Positions 19,631 through 29,418 of a DNA stretch of 64,000 nucleotides are shown here, one piece after another. The position numbers and the translations under genes are program-made. Below the pieces are notes generated by a model that was given only the letters and a program-made list of their open reading frames with translations, did no database searches and was not told where the DNA came from. The stretch spans positions 17,077-81,076 of the IMG/VR virus record IMGVR_UViG_2974512537_000001; one strand, given 5' to 3'. The DNA is from a virus. Lineage: Duplodnaviria; Caudoviricetes. Numbering within the stretch: position 1 is the stretch's first letter; the number at the start of each line of letters is the position of its first letter.

Positions 19631-19956
19631 AAGTTTATCTTACTTATTATAAAGCAAGTGATGGTGTTAGAGTTGCATATGCCTGTGCGGGCGATTACTG
19701 GGTGAACTTCTATTTTCGGAGATTCGATAAGAGCAACACTGAAAAAGATGTCCTTAATTATATCATGAGCTTTGCAGACAAGAGTAATGAGAAAGTCTTC
19801 ATCATCTCAAATAATCAAAAGATGATTAGAATTATGCAGAAAATGGAAGATACAGACAACGTGTCATTCATTGGTAGATATGAAAGCGAACAGACGCGTG
19901 ACATTTTCGTCAAGCTTCAAGTAGCACTGACAAAAAAGGAGAATTATAATGATTAA
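19627..19956 (+). CDS. hypothetical protein coupled to mazF
   Basis: GTG start overlaps the mazF TGA (GTGA). Confidence 0.65.
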   Translation: MKVYLTYYKASDGVRVAYACAGDYWVNFYFRRFDKSNTEKDVLNYIMSFADKSNEKVFIISNNQKMIRIMQKMEDTDNVSFIGRYESEQTRDIFVKLQVALTKKENYND

Positions 19957-20482
19957 TCGGAACGAAATCTTGGCTTATTCCAGAAGTGAGCATTTTAAGA
20001 AAAGAGCACGTCAGAGATTTGGGATTTCCAAGTCGCTTATGCAACCTTGGTTGCTTAATATTGTTTCCCACGGTATTTTCAGCAAGACGAATCAAGACGG
20101 TATTTGGTTCTTAGACGTTGATGAAATTCGTGTCGTGGTTGACGTTCACAACAGAAGCGTAGTTACCACATACTCGCTTCACGATATTGTATGGATTTCT
20201 AAACGGGCCGGCGATGAGCTAATAAATAAGGGGGTGATTGATGAAGTCATTGATGGACTAACTGGGGCATTCGATGGTATGCTTCGTAAACAAAATAAGA
20301 AAATCAATAGTATCATTAAAGCATTAGATGAACTTCAAGATGTTCATAATGTCACTAAGCGCAAAGATTATTACCTAGAGCAAGAAGATAAGATTTGTGA
20401 AATTGAAAAAGCATTAACTGCTGAATTGAATAACAAGCGAGAATTAATTAAAATTCAAGCAAATGTACTTTGTAAAGAATAA
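19949..20482 (+). CDS. putative RelE-like/DUF4258-like nuclease domain plus C-terminal coiled coil
   Basis: SEHFKKRARQRFGI...IRVVVD...VVTTY pattern, recognised by eye. Confidence 0.45.
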   Translation: MINRNEILAYSRSEHFKKRARQRFGISKSLMQPWLLNIVSHGIFSKTNQDGIWFLDVDEIRVVVDVHNRSVVTTYSLHDIVWISKRAGDELINKGVIDEVIDGLTGAFDGMLRKQNKKINSIIKALDELQDVHNVTKRKDYYLEQEDKICEIEKALTAELNNKRELIKIQANVLCKE

Positions 20483-20559
20483 GTAATTCCGCTGTAACGG
20501 TTTTGAAACAATTATATGTTATAATATGGTTATCAAATAAAGAAAGAGGTTTTTTATTT

Positions 20560-21249
20560 ATGAAAAAAGCATTGGTAGCAAGTTCAATGGTACTAGGTTT
20601 AGCATTCGGAGTTCAAGTGGCCAACGCAGACACTTACACTGTCCAAGCTGGAGATACTGTTAGTAAAATTGCTTACCAGCACGGGACGACTGTTAATGAT
20701 ATTGTTGCACAGAACCAATTGAGCAACCCAAACTTGATTTATGTTGGCGACAAGTTGGAAATCAGCGCACCGGCAGTTAACTACCAAACTTATACGCAAG
20801 CACCTGTTAAGGAGCAGGCACAAACGCCGGTCGAGCAACCTAAAGCGACACAGGTGCAACAACAGCAAACACAACCAGTTCAATCAGCACAACGACAAGT
20901 ACAGAAGCCACAAGTGCAACAACCACAGGAACAACAACAAGTACAACAACCACAAAGTAATCAGAGTTCTGTTATGTCTAAAACTTCTGGTCAGTTGAGT
21001 CAAGCGGAAATTAATCAAGTGGCACAGGAAATGAGTTCACGTACTGGCGAATCGTCAGCAACATGGTCGATGATTATTAATCGTGAATCCCGTGGCAATG
21101 TCAATATTTCAAATTCGCAAGGGAGCGGAGCTTTTGGCTTATTCCAAAACATGCACATTAGTAGCGGTAACGTTGGTACACAGGTTGATAAAGCAGTTCA
21201 GCTCTATCATGCACAAGGAATCCAAGCTTGGCAACAAACAGCATATTAA
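20560..21249 (+). CDS. secreted LysM + lysozyme-like (SLT/SceD/Apf-type) protein
   Basis: Signal peptide ending ANA-D; LysM YTVQAGDTVSKIA; Q/P-rich linker; IINRES.G.....GAFGLFQ. Confidence 0.8.
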   Translation: MKKALVASSMVLGLAFGVQVANADTYTVQAGDTVSKIAYQHGTTVNDIVAQNQLSNPNLIYVGDKLEISAPAVNYQTYTQAPVKEQAQTPVEQPKATQVQQQQTQPVQSAQRQVQKPQVQQPQEQQQVQQPQSNQSSVMSKTSGQLSQAEINQVAQEMSSRTGESSATWSMIINRESRGNVNISNSQGSGAFGLFQNMHISSGNVGTQVDKAVQLYHAQGIQAWQQTAY

Positions 21250-21254
21250 AAATT

Positions 21255-21278
21255 AAGGCGCTTAGGCGCCTTTTTTAT
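21255..21278 (+). terminator. intrinsic terminator
   Basis: AAGGCGC-TTAG-GCGCCTT followed by a T run. Confidence 0.85.
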
Positions 21279-21339
21279 TTGCATTTTGAAGCCGATTATG
21301 GTAGAATTAGGTTGTAAATTAAAAAAGGAATGATGGAAA

Positions 21340-21702
21340 ATGGAAAATGATTTGTTTACAGAATTACGTGGGTCGGCCAAAAGAACAATTGAAGAAAAAG
21401 GCAAGCCTGACTACTGGGACAAACTGGTTGAATTTATGCGAAGCTCTGCAAAAAATGGTCATTATTGTTTGGAGCTTCAAGGGCGGTTGTATAATGACCA
21501 AGAACCGAGCGATAGTTCAGCAAAGTTATTGAAAGATATTCTCAAAAATCAAGAGTTGTATGCGGCCAACTTGCGAGAGAATAGACTGGAAATAGAGATA
21601 ACTACGCAGGTCAATCTCTTGCCATCTAGCCAATTTATTGACCGAGGCCATTATCTTACAGAAGTGCATTTGAAAATTGATTGGGGCGATGATAATGAGT
21701 GA
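21340..21702 (+). CDS. hypothetical protein
   Basis: ORF behind a promoter-like element. Confidence 0.65.
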   Translation: MENDLFTELRGSAKRTIEEKGKPDYWDKLVEFMRSSAKNGHYCLELQGRLYNDQEPSDSSAKLLKDILKNQELYAANLRENRLEIEITTQVNLLPSSQFIDRGHYLTEVHLKIDWGDDNE

Positions 21703-22009
21703 ATTTATGAATGCTAAAGAGGCACAGGAATTAGTTAAAAAGAATAAGCAGAAGCGTATTGAATATTATCTTGATAGAATTGGCCAAGACAGGAAAGCCA
21801 ACATGATTAAAAGAGCGATTGAAAAAGCTGTGGTTGATGGAGAAAATTGTGCTTATGTAAAATTCCACACCAAAACAGACGATGATAGAATCACAGCTAT
21901 TGAGGAATACTTTACTAAACTCGGTTACGACATTTTCTTTGATAGAAAGTGGTGTCGAGTCAAACTATTTAAAAGAAATTTCCCGAAGCCACCAAAAATT
22001 AGCCGCTAA
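21695..22009 (+). CDS. hypothetical protein
   Basis: ATG overlaps the upstream gene end. Confidence 0.6.
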   Translation: MSEFMNAKEAQELVKKNKQKRIEYYLDRIGQDRKANMIKRAIEKAVVDGENCAYVKFHTKTDDDRITAIEEYFTKLGYDIFFDRKWCRVKLFKRNFPKPPKISR

Positions 22010-22250
22010 AATAGTAATTCTGAAAAAATAGTCTTGTGAGAGTTCGTTAGAGTGATTTTAAAAAATCTCATGGCTTATTATACTAGGCACCCAGTAAAAT
22101 CGCTTAGAATCCATCTGACAGGCGTATATTGGATTATAGCGATTATTTGGTCAAAAATGACGAGTAAAATCCCGATTTTATTCAAAAATTGTTGACTTTT
22201 GGATAAAAGGTGATATAATAGAATCATAATAAGGAAATGGAGGAATGTAA

Positions 22251-22514
22251 ATGAAACGTTATTTGGCGAAAGTAAATTATAATACGCCAGATGGAAAGCA
22301 TGTGACTACGTTGTACAAGTTGTTGGAGGCAGAGAACGAAATTGACGCTCAATTAAAAGTAATTTTCGACAAGACTTCTAGCGGTGAATTAAATCTTTAC
22401 GACCAATACTTTGCAGATGGCATGTATGAAAAAGAGATTGTCGGGGTTTACGAAATTGATGAAAATGGCGAAGCCTTTGAAGATTGGCCTGAATCGAAAG
22501 TTGGTGATGAATAA
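22251..22514 (+). CDS. hypothetical protein
   Basis: GGAGGA SD; TTGACT-17-TATAAT promoter at about 22192. Confidence 0.7.
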   Translation: MKRYLAKVNYNTPDGKHVTTLYKLLEAENEIDAQLKVIFDKTSSGELNLYDQYFADGMYEKEIVGVYEIDENGEAFEDWPESKVGDE

Positions 22515-22810
22515 TGGCTTTAGAAATTAAGCTATCGCCATCTTGGGTGATTATTGGTAACGATTATTCGCCAAGCGGAGTAATCTTGTTACACAAAGTA
22601 AGGTCAAAGAGCAGTTCAAAAGTTCGTGAAGAACGCACGTACCACTCGGATTTGGCATATGCGCTAAAGTATTATGCTAAAGTGGCGATTGCTAAGAAAG
22701 AGAAGAAAGTCAAAAGCATTAGAGATTATATTGATGAATACGAAGTGATTTTCAATGAGGGAGTTGAACGAATTGAAGAAGCAATTAAAGCACAAGACAC
22801 CGACAAATAA
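22514..22810 (+). CDS. hypothetical protein
   Basis: TAATG coupling. Confidence 0.65.
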   Translation: MALEIKLSPSWVIIGNDYSPSGVILLHKVRSKSSSKVREERTYHSDLAYALKYYAKVAIAKKEKKVKSIRDYIDEYEVIFNEGVERIEEAIKAQDTDK

Positions 22811-23114
22811 CATCTATAAACGGTATTACGCCGTCTTTCACGGCGACCAGCCTCGTAGCCGCTGGAACCACGCCCACGGTAATCACAAGACTCCGACTGG
22901 CGAGAGCTTTGCCACGTTCTATAATAGCCCTAAATTTAGTGCAATTGCCGTTGATTTAGGACAAGGATTTTCAGTTGCGGGTACGGGAACACCAGTTAAG
23001 TCTTACGCTGAAAAAGATGTCCTTGCCATTTATGCAGTATTACAAGCTGTCGGTTTCAATGATGATGAAGTCAGCCACATTATTGATGAACATATGAAGA
23101 AATTAAAATCATAA
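22755..23114 (+). CDS. hypothetical protein (start uncertain)
   Basis: ORF ending at a terminator; 56 nt overlap makes the start doubtful. Confidence 0.5.
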   Translation: MRELNELKKQLKHKTPTNNIYKRYYAVFHGDQPRSRWNHAHGNHKTPTGESFATFYNSPKFSAIAVDLGQGFSVAGTGTPVKSYAEKDVLAIYAVLQAVGFNDDEVSHIIDEHMKKLKS

Positions 23115-23121
23115 TTATTAC

Positions 23122-23149
23122 AAACAGTCGTTTTTACGACTGTTTTTTA
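23122..23149 (+). terminator. intrinsic terminator
   Basis: AAACAGTCG-TTTTTA-CGACTGTTT followed by T run. Confidence 0.8.
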
Positions 23150-23209
23150 TTTAGGCTTGCAAAATTAAGCAACATGTGCTATTATAATAGTATCGAAGGA
23201 GGAATTATT

Positions 23210-24598
23210 ATGAACAAAGAGGAATTAATTAAATACGGTTACGGGAATCTTCACGGCCACACAGACTTATCAAGTAACCTACGCCTGTTAGATAGTTCAA
23301 TCACAGTTAAGGAAATGTTGGATTACGCTAAAGAGATTGGATTAAAGGCGGTATCGTTCACAGGACACGAAGCATTGAGTGACCATATCAAGGCGGAACG
23401 CTATTACCATGCCAATAAAGATAAGTTCAAGGACGTTAAACTTGTTCTCGGTAACGAAATCTACTTGGTCAAAAAAGGCGATATGGAAAAGGCAGAGGAA
23501 GCTGGCGAACCTTTTAAGTTCAACCATTTCCTGCTGAATGCCTTAGATAAGAAAGGCCACGAGTTCTTGCAGAAGCAAAGCTCATTGGCGTGGTCACATT
23601 ACCACGTATATCACGGTATGGAACGTGTTCCAAGCTTCTACGGCGAAATCGAAGCACTTATGAAAAGCGGTGATTACAAAGGCCATGTCATTGCCAGCAC
23701 AGCTTGTCTTGGAGGATATGTAGCACAGGAACTTCTCGCTTACGAAGATGATAATGACAAAATTCATCTCGACAAGGTAAAAGGCATGATTAACTGGTCG
23801 ATTAAAGTGTTCGGTAAAGATAACTTCTTTCTTGAACTCATGCCTAGCCATCACAAAGAACAGATTGTCGTCAACAACTGGTTGAAACGGATTAGTGAAT
23901 CACTAGGCGTTCCGTTTATTATTACAACCGATTCTCATTACTTGAATGAAGCTCAACGTCCAGTACACAGTGCTTTATTGCGCTCACGTAATCAAGACCG
24001 AGATTTATCAGTATACGATACAGCGCATTTGTTCAGTGTAGAGGAACTATTTGAGTTCTTTGATGATGATACATTGACAAAAGCGTTCACCGCACTACAT
24101 TCGATTATTGACCGTGTTCAAGATTATTCATTGGAACATACGCCAATTGTTCCAAAAGGACGTATTCCAGAGTTTGATAAGCCAACTTACGAAGACTTCT
24201 ACCACGGTGAAGATTTACCAAACATTAAGGTTATGGTTGAAAGTGAACACGAAACTGATGGCTATTTGATGAAGTTAGCTCTCGGTGGTCTTAAAAAACA
24301 CGGGCTACTGGATAAAAATGATTATCTAAAGCGCCTTGATTTGGAAGTTGGAGAACTTGTCAAAATCACTGAAAATATCGGCCAACCAATGAGCTCTTAC
24401 TTTATTGCACAGCATGACTTTGTTGATATTATGTGGAGCCAAAGCTTAGTTGGCCCCGGCCGTGGTAGTTCATCGTGCTGGTTGTTAAACTATTTGATTG
24501 GATTGACACAAGTTGACGCTTTGAAGTACGACTTGCCGCACTACCGTTTCCTTTCAGCAGAACGGGTTACTGAAAATACTGCTTCTAACTATCCAGAT
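23210..24598 (+). CDS. dnaE: DNA polymerase III alpha (DnaE-type), exon 1
   Basis: PHP domain (HGHT, GHE, TACLGG, TDSHY), GPGRGSS, ends FLSAER...NYPD. Confidence 0.9.
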
Positions 24599-25608
24599 GA
24601 ACTTTAATCAACGTCTGGCTTGGTGGTGACACCTCGAAATAATTCCTAGTGAACGATTAACAATCGGTGTGAGAATAGCTTAAAATGTATCTGGTAGGAA
24701 ATGACCAGTTAATATTCTTGCTAACAGGGAAACCCTTAAAGGGCAATCGCTGTGCTAAATTTAATGTCGTGTGTATATCGTCTTATAGGAGGTAAGATAT
24801 GAGAGGGATATATGCACATGTGAATAAAATCAATGGGCGTGTGTTCTATGTTGGTCAACAAAGGGTCAACAATAACAGAGCATATGATTTTAAAACCCAG
24901 AGAAATGATGAGTATAAAAAGTATGTTGAAAAAATTGGTGTTGAAAATGTCGATGTAGTTTGGCTATACGAGTCTGCTAACTATAACGAAAATCTTTTTA
25001 CAGCAGAGTGGGTATACCAAAACAAATATTATCAAAACGGGTTCTTAAAAACAAAAGAGCTTATATTTAATGGTAAAAATAATCCAAATTATAATAACCA
25101 TTGGAATGAAAAACAACGCAAGCTCATGTCTGAAAAGATGAAAAATCGTTATGATGGTAAGCGTAATCCAAACTACGGAAACAGATGGGACGATGAAAAG
25201 AGAGAAAAAGCTAGAGAAAGAGCTAAAAAACAGGGCGAGTTTTCTGGCACTCACAATCCTAAAGCTTCTCCATGTGTTCTTTATGGCCCAAATGGATTTG
25301 AAAAGAAATTTGAGCTATTAAAAGAAATGTCTAAATGGGTATCTGATAATATAATTCATGGAGAACTAAAGGATATTACGTCAATCAATCGTAGCCATCA
25401 CATTAAAAAAGAGTATAAAGTATTAGATAATTGGAGCTACAAAACATACACACGACATTAATAAATGTGAAACGACCATCGAAAACACACATCAATGATG
25501 TGGAAGTGAGTAGAGTACACCTTAGCTTGCGGGCTATGTGTGGAAGCGCTAGGCTCTGACGAATAGTCAGATGAAGATATGGTCTACCCTCATGGCAACA
25601 TGAGAGTG
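24599..25608 (+). mobile_element. group I intron in dnaE
   Basis: Exon CCAGAU pairs with GUCUGG (24613-18) with a U.G splice pair; P7 GACCA(25474)/UGGUC(25580); terminal G 25608; splicing restores PD|IDTD in frame. Confidence 0.9.
24799..25461 (+). CDS. intron-encoded GIY-YIG homing endonuclease with NUMOD3-like repeats
   Basis: GIY...YVG; G.xNPNY repeats; lies in a loop closed by a perfect 16-bp inverted repeat (24761-76 / 25446-61). Confidence 0.88.
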   Translation: MRGIYAHVNKINGRVFYVGQQRVNNNRAYDFKTQRNDEYKKYVEKIGVENVDVVWLYESANYNENLFTAEWVYQNKYYQNGFLKTKELIFNGKNNPNYNNHWNEKQRKLMSEKMKNRYDGKRNPNYGNRWDDEKREKARERAKKQGEFSGTHNPKASPCVLYGPNGFEKKFELLKEMSKWVSDNIIHGELKDITSINRSHHIKKEYKVLDNWSYKTYTRH

Positions 25609-28080
25609 ATTGATACAGATACAGAAGCCTCGAAGCGTGAAAAGATTATTAACAAAGTTAAAGAAGTATATGGAAAAGATAAGGTTCTCAACTTTGCAAC
25701 TTTCACGACAATTGGCACACGTGCGGCCATTAAGTATGCTGGCCGTGGCTTAGGGATTGATAATAACGAAGTTAATTATATTGTTTCCTTGCTACCGGCA
25801 GACGGACATGACGAGTGGCCGATTACTGACGCCTTGCTTGGTAACGATAAAAAAGACAGAAAACCATCTAATAAACTGTTGTCAGAAGTGAACAAGTACC
25901 CTAATATGAAAGAAACGATTCTTGGTTTGTTCGGATTGGTTGTCGGCCGTAGCGAACATGCTTCTGGTGTGTTGGTTGCTAACAATGGCTATACAGAACA
26001 TAATGCCGCAATGTTCACACCAAACGGAATTGCCGTTACTCAATTTGACGCTGACGACTCTGAATATGCCGGCATGATTAAGTTCGATTTCTTGTCATTA
26101 TCAGCTCTGGATAAAGTTCATTGTGCAATTGATATGCTGATTAAAGATGGTCTAGTTGATGAACAAGGCACGTTGCGTGAAATCTACATGAAATATTTTG
26201 GCCCAGAAGCACTGGACATGACTAATCATGAAATGTACAAAATGCTGTTTGACGGGAAGGTCATTGACGCTTTTGAATTTAGTTCGTCAGTTGGTTATAA
26301 GACGTTGCGTAAGCTAAACGCTCGTGATTATATGGCTTTGGTATCTGCCAATGGTCTTATGCGACTGACTGGTGGTGACAGCGATGAACTAGCGCTTGAC
26401 CGTTTTATTCGCTATCAGAACAACCCCGGCGACTGGGATAGGGACATGAACAATGCTGGACTTAATGACAACGAAAAGCAATTAATGCACGAACTGCTTG
26501 ATGATTATAAAGGGGTCAACAACTCACAGGAACGCTTAATGCAAATGGTGTTAAAGATTGCTGACTACTCATTACAAGAGGCAAACAAGTTGCGAAAGTC
26601 AATTGCTAAAAAGGACAAAAAGAAGCAAGAGGAACAACACGTATTCTTTTTGAAAAAAGCTAAGGAACACGGTCTTAGAGATGAGTTTGCAAAATACGTC
26701 TGGGACGAACAAATTGCTATTCAATCGGGGTACGCGTTTAGCGTCAGCCACTCATTGCCATATACGTTGATTTTGATGGTTGAAATGAATATCTGCTACC
26801 GATTCGACCCAATTTATTGGCAAACCGCTGTATTATCGGTCAATGCCAAGACGTATGGTGATGAAATGGCAAATCCAGACTACAATAAACTCGCAACAGC
26901 GATTGGTCAACTTCCAAAAGGATTAGTGACCTATCCAGATATTAACCGTAGCGAAGTAGGGTTCGTCCCTAAGATTACCGAACAGTCTAAAAATATTCTG
27001 CTGGGACTGAATGCCATTTCTGGTATCGGTACTAATGAAATTGAAAGTATTATGAACAATCGCCCTTATAGTTCATTAGATGATTTCATGGAAAAGAATA
27101 AAGAAGTCTTCTCAATTAAGAAGATGATTCTCTTAATTAAATCCGGGGCGTTCAATTGCTTTGAAAGTGACCGCAGAAAGCTCATGATTGATTATATTTC
27201 CAAAGTAACAGAACCAAAAGCAAAACTAACCACGGTTCAGATTAAAAAGATTAAAGATAAGATTCCAGATGAATATGAGCTACAAAAGAATGCTTATCTA
27301 ATGAAAAAGCATGTCAAGGACAATGACGTTAAACTTGATAGTCCGATTGGTCGCTGGTTCCTCAATACCGTTGAACCTTTAATCGTAGAATACGAGAGCG
27401 GATTAAAGAAGACCCCAGAGGATAGCTTATGGAGCATTGATGATGAGCGTCTTGTCATTGATACAAAGCGTTATAACAAATGGTTTAATGTGTTTGCAAA
27501 ACCATTAAAAGAGTGGCTGAAAACTCCAGAGGCGGTTGAAATTGAGCGGAAAAAACGTTGTGCTGAATTATGGACTAAGGAATGCAAAGGGAATCCAGAA
27601 CACTGGGCTTTTGAGGCGTTAAACTTCTACCCTGAAAAGCATGAACTTGAAGTGTCAACGCTTGGAACAATGCTCAATTATCAGGCGTTTAACGATTTAG
27701 AACCAGAACCAAAAGTCATTAAAGAAGTGACTAGCCGGAACGGACGCAAGTTCTCAATCTATGAAAACCATATTATTGCAGGAACTATTGTAGCAAAGAA
27801 TAATATTAAATCAACGGTTAGCCTATTAACACCAGATGGGTTAGCAATTGTGTCCTTAGGACGTCAATTGTACGCAAAACTTGGTAAAAAAGAAATGGTC
27901 GGCCAAGGTAAGAATCGTCATTGTGTTTCAGACAGTTGGCTGGAAAGAGGTAATAAGTTGGTAGTAACCGGCTATCGTCAGCAAGATTCGTTTAGATTAA
28001 GACGCGACCATAACCTTAGCACAACGGCAATGTTGATTAACGGATATGGCAGTAAAGTAAGATTGGTTTTCGACAAATAA
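25609..28080 (+). CDS. dnaE: DNA polymerase III alpha (DnaE-type), exon 2
   Basis: IDTD, SEHASGV, KFDFL.L, GYAFS.SHS..Y, HhH motif L..I.GIG, OB domain. Confidence 0.9.
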   Translation: MDTDTEASKREKIINKVKEVYGKDKVLNFATFTTIGTRAAIKYAGRGLGIDNNEVNYIVSLLPADGHDEWPITDALLGNDKKDRKPSNKLLSEVNKYPNMKETILGLFGLVVGRSEHASGVLVANNGYTEHNAAMFTPNGIAVTQFDADDSEYAGMIKFDFLSLSALDKVHCAIDMLIKDGLVDEQGTLREIYMKYFGPEALDMTNHEMYKMLFDGKVIDAFEFSSSVGYKTLRKLNARDYMALVSANGLMRLTGGDSDELALDRFIRYQNNPGDWDRDMNNAGLNDNEKQLMHELLDDYKGVNNSQERLMQMVLKIADYSLQEANKLRKSIAKKDKKKQEEQHVFFLKKAKEHGLRDEFAKYVWDEQIAIQSGYAFSVSHSLPYTLILMVEMNICYRFDPIYWQTAVLSVNAKTYGDEMANPDYNKLATAIGQLPKGLVTYPDINRSEVGFVPKITEQSKNILLGLNAISGIGTNEIESIMNNRPYSSLDDFMEKNKEVFSIKKMILLIKSGAFNCFESDRRKLMIDYISKVTEPKAKLTTVQIKKIKDKIPDEYELQKNAYLMKKHVKDNDVKLDSPIGRWFLNTVEPLIVEYESGLKKTPEDSLWSIDDERLVIDTKRYNKWFNVFAKPLKEWLKTPEAVEIERKKRCAELWTKECKGNPEHWAFEALNFYPEKHELEVSTLGTMLNYQAFNDLEPEPKVIKEVTSRNGRKFSIYENHIIAGTIVAKNNIKSTVSLLTPDGLAIVSLGRQLYAKLGKKEMVGQGKNRHCVSDSWLERGNKLVVTGYRQQDSFRLRRDHNLSTTAMLINGYGSKVRLVFDK

Positions 28081-28112
28081 AAAAGGACACCCAATTTCGG
28101 GTGCCCTTTTTG
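28079..28112. terminator. bidirectional terminator between convergent operons
   Basis: AAAAAAGGACACCC-AATTTC-GGGTGCCCTTTTT. Confidence 0.8.
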
Positions 28113-28117
28113 TTTGA

Positions 28118-28366
28118 TTATTTTACTAGATAACCGATTTTTACGCCATAATAATCATATTCAGTAATATCCATCTTTTTAACCATTGCGTTGTATTTTC
28201 GCTTATTAATCTTATTGTCATCTTTGTTGGCTTTATAGTATAGTAATTCAAGGTAGTCGTCCAAGTCACGCTTCGCGAGGAATGCTGACATACCTTTCGC
28301 TCGGCAATCGAATAGGACTGCCCGTGTTAAAGTTGCTTCGCCATCTTGTACTTCTACTGTATTCAT
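28118..28366 (-). CDS. hypothetical protein
   Basis: GGGG SD; last gene of the late operon. Confidence 0.6.
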   Translation of the reverse strand: MNTVEVQDGEATLTRAVLFDCRAKGMSAFLAKRDLDDYLELLYYKANKDDNKINKRKYNAMVKKMDITEYDYYGVKIGYLVK

Positions 28367-28383
28367 AATTTAAAACCCCTTTA

Positions 28384-29355
28384 TTAAATTTCAATTCCGA
28401 ATGCGTCACTCAATTTGTCATCATCATGGTCTTGTAGATAACCTTGCGTGGTTTCAGAACTTGAATGATGAGCAACCAGTTTCAGCACTTCCAAAGGTAA
28501 TGCGTCCTTATCTGCTTCCTTTAATACGTGATGAACACCAGTAGAGTAGTTTTCAAGACCAGTACGTCTGAAATCGTGAGGGTGAACAGTAACTTCATGG
28601 CCGGTGAGTTTTGTTAAAATACGACCGAATTGGTTGCACCATTCATAGAATACGGAGTAGTTAATTGCGTGGCGTTCGTCACCGTAGTCTGAAATCCATA
28701 AACTATCAATGTCATCATCGCCCCGTTGCTTTAAATAAAGGTCAGCGATTTGTTGAGTGCGCTTGAAGTAGATTAATTTAAAGCGTTTTGCACGCTTACC
28801 AATAACGGTGTTTGTTTGATTTGATTCTACGAATTTATCCTTTTTAACTTGTAGAATTTCATTTCGCCGACCACATGACTCATAAGCAAGGCTGACAAAT
28901 AAAGCCTTTTCGTATTTCTTACGGCGAATTAAATAATCTAGCAACATGTTAACTTCGCCATCTGTTAAATAGGTGTGTGTTTTAACAGGTTCTTTGATAA
29001 GACCCTTAATGGCGTGCATTTGGTTTACTTCGTAATCGTAGTCTTCGCTGATTGTCAGATATTCCAAAAAGTTTCTAAGACTACTTTGAAAGCGATTGAT
29101 ACGCGCATGGCTGGTTCCGTCACGTTGCATTAATAAAAAGAAATTACGGAAGTCTTTACGCTTTAATTGCGTTACGGTCTTCTTAGGATATTTCTGATTT
29201 GAATAGCACAAAAATCCACGAATATCAGCTTTGTATTGGTAACGGGTCTTAACAGCACGACCGTTAGCTTCCAATTCCAATAAGTAATCTTCTAGGGCTT
29301 CTTTGTCTTCGTCTTTCACTTTCGTGTCCCAAATTTCTTGATTAAACAGTTCCAT
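28384..29355 (-). CDS. tyrosine recombinase (XerC/D-like)
   Basis: SAM-like N-domain; catalytic R (CGRRNEI), HxxR (HDFRR), H and Y (HHSSSETTQGY). Confidence 0.85.
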   Translation of the reverse strand: MELFNQEIWDTKVKDEDKEALEDYLLELEANGRAVKTRYQYKADIRGFLCYSNQKYPKKTVTQLKRKDFRNFFLLMQRDGTSHARINRFQSSLRNFLEYLTISEDYDYEVNQMHAIKGLIKEPVKTHTYLTDGEVNMLLDYLIRRKKYEKALFVSLAYESCGRRNEILQVKKDKFVESNQTNTVIGKRAKRFKLIYFKRTQQIADLYLKQRGDDDIDSLWISDYGDERHAINYSVFYEWCNQFGRILTKLTGHEVTVHPHDFRRTGLENYSTGVHHVLKEADKDALPLEVLKLVAHHSSSETTQGYLQDHDDDKLSDAFGIEI

Positions 29356-29418
29356 TGTTTCTCACCATTCCTTTTTATTGTTTTTGATATGTACCCCACA
29401 CAATGTGTGGGTTGTTAA

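Noticed and set aside
25579-25608. ORF-track start MVYPHGNMRV for the second dnaE ORF as an independent gene (split polymerase)
   Set aside because: These codons are intron P7/P9 sequence; splicing at 24598/25609 restores PDID, so it is exon 2.
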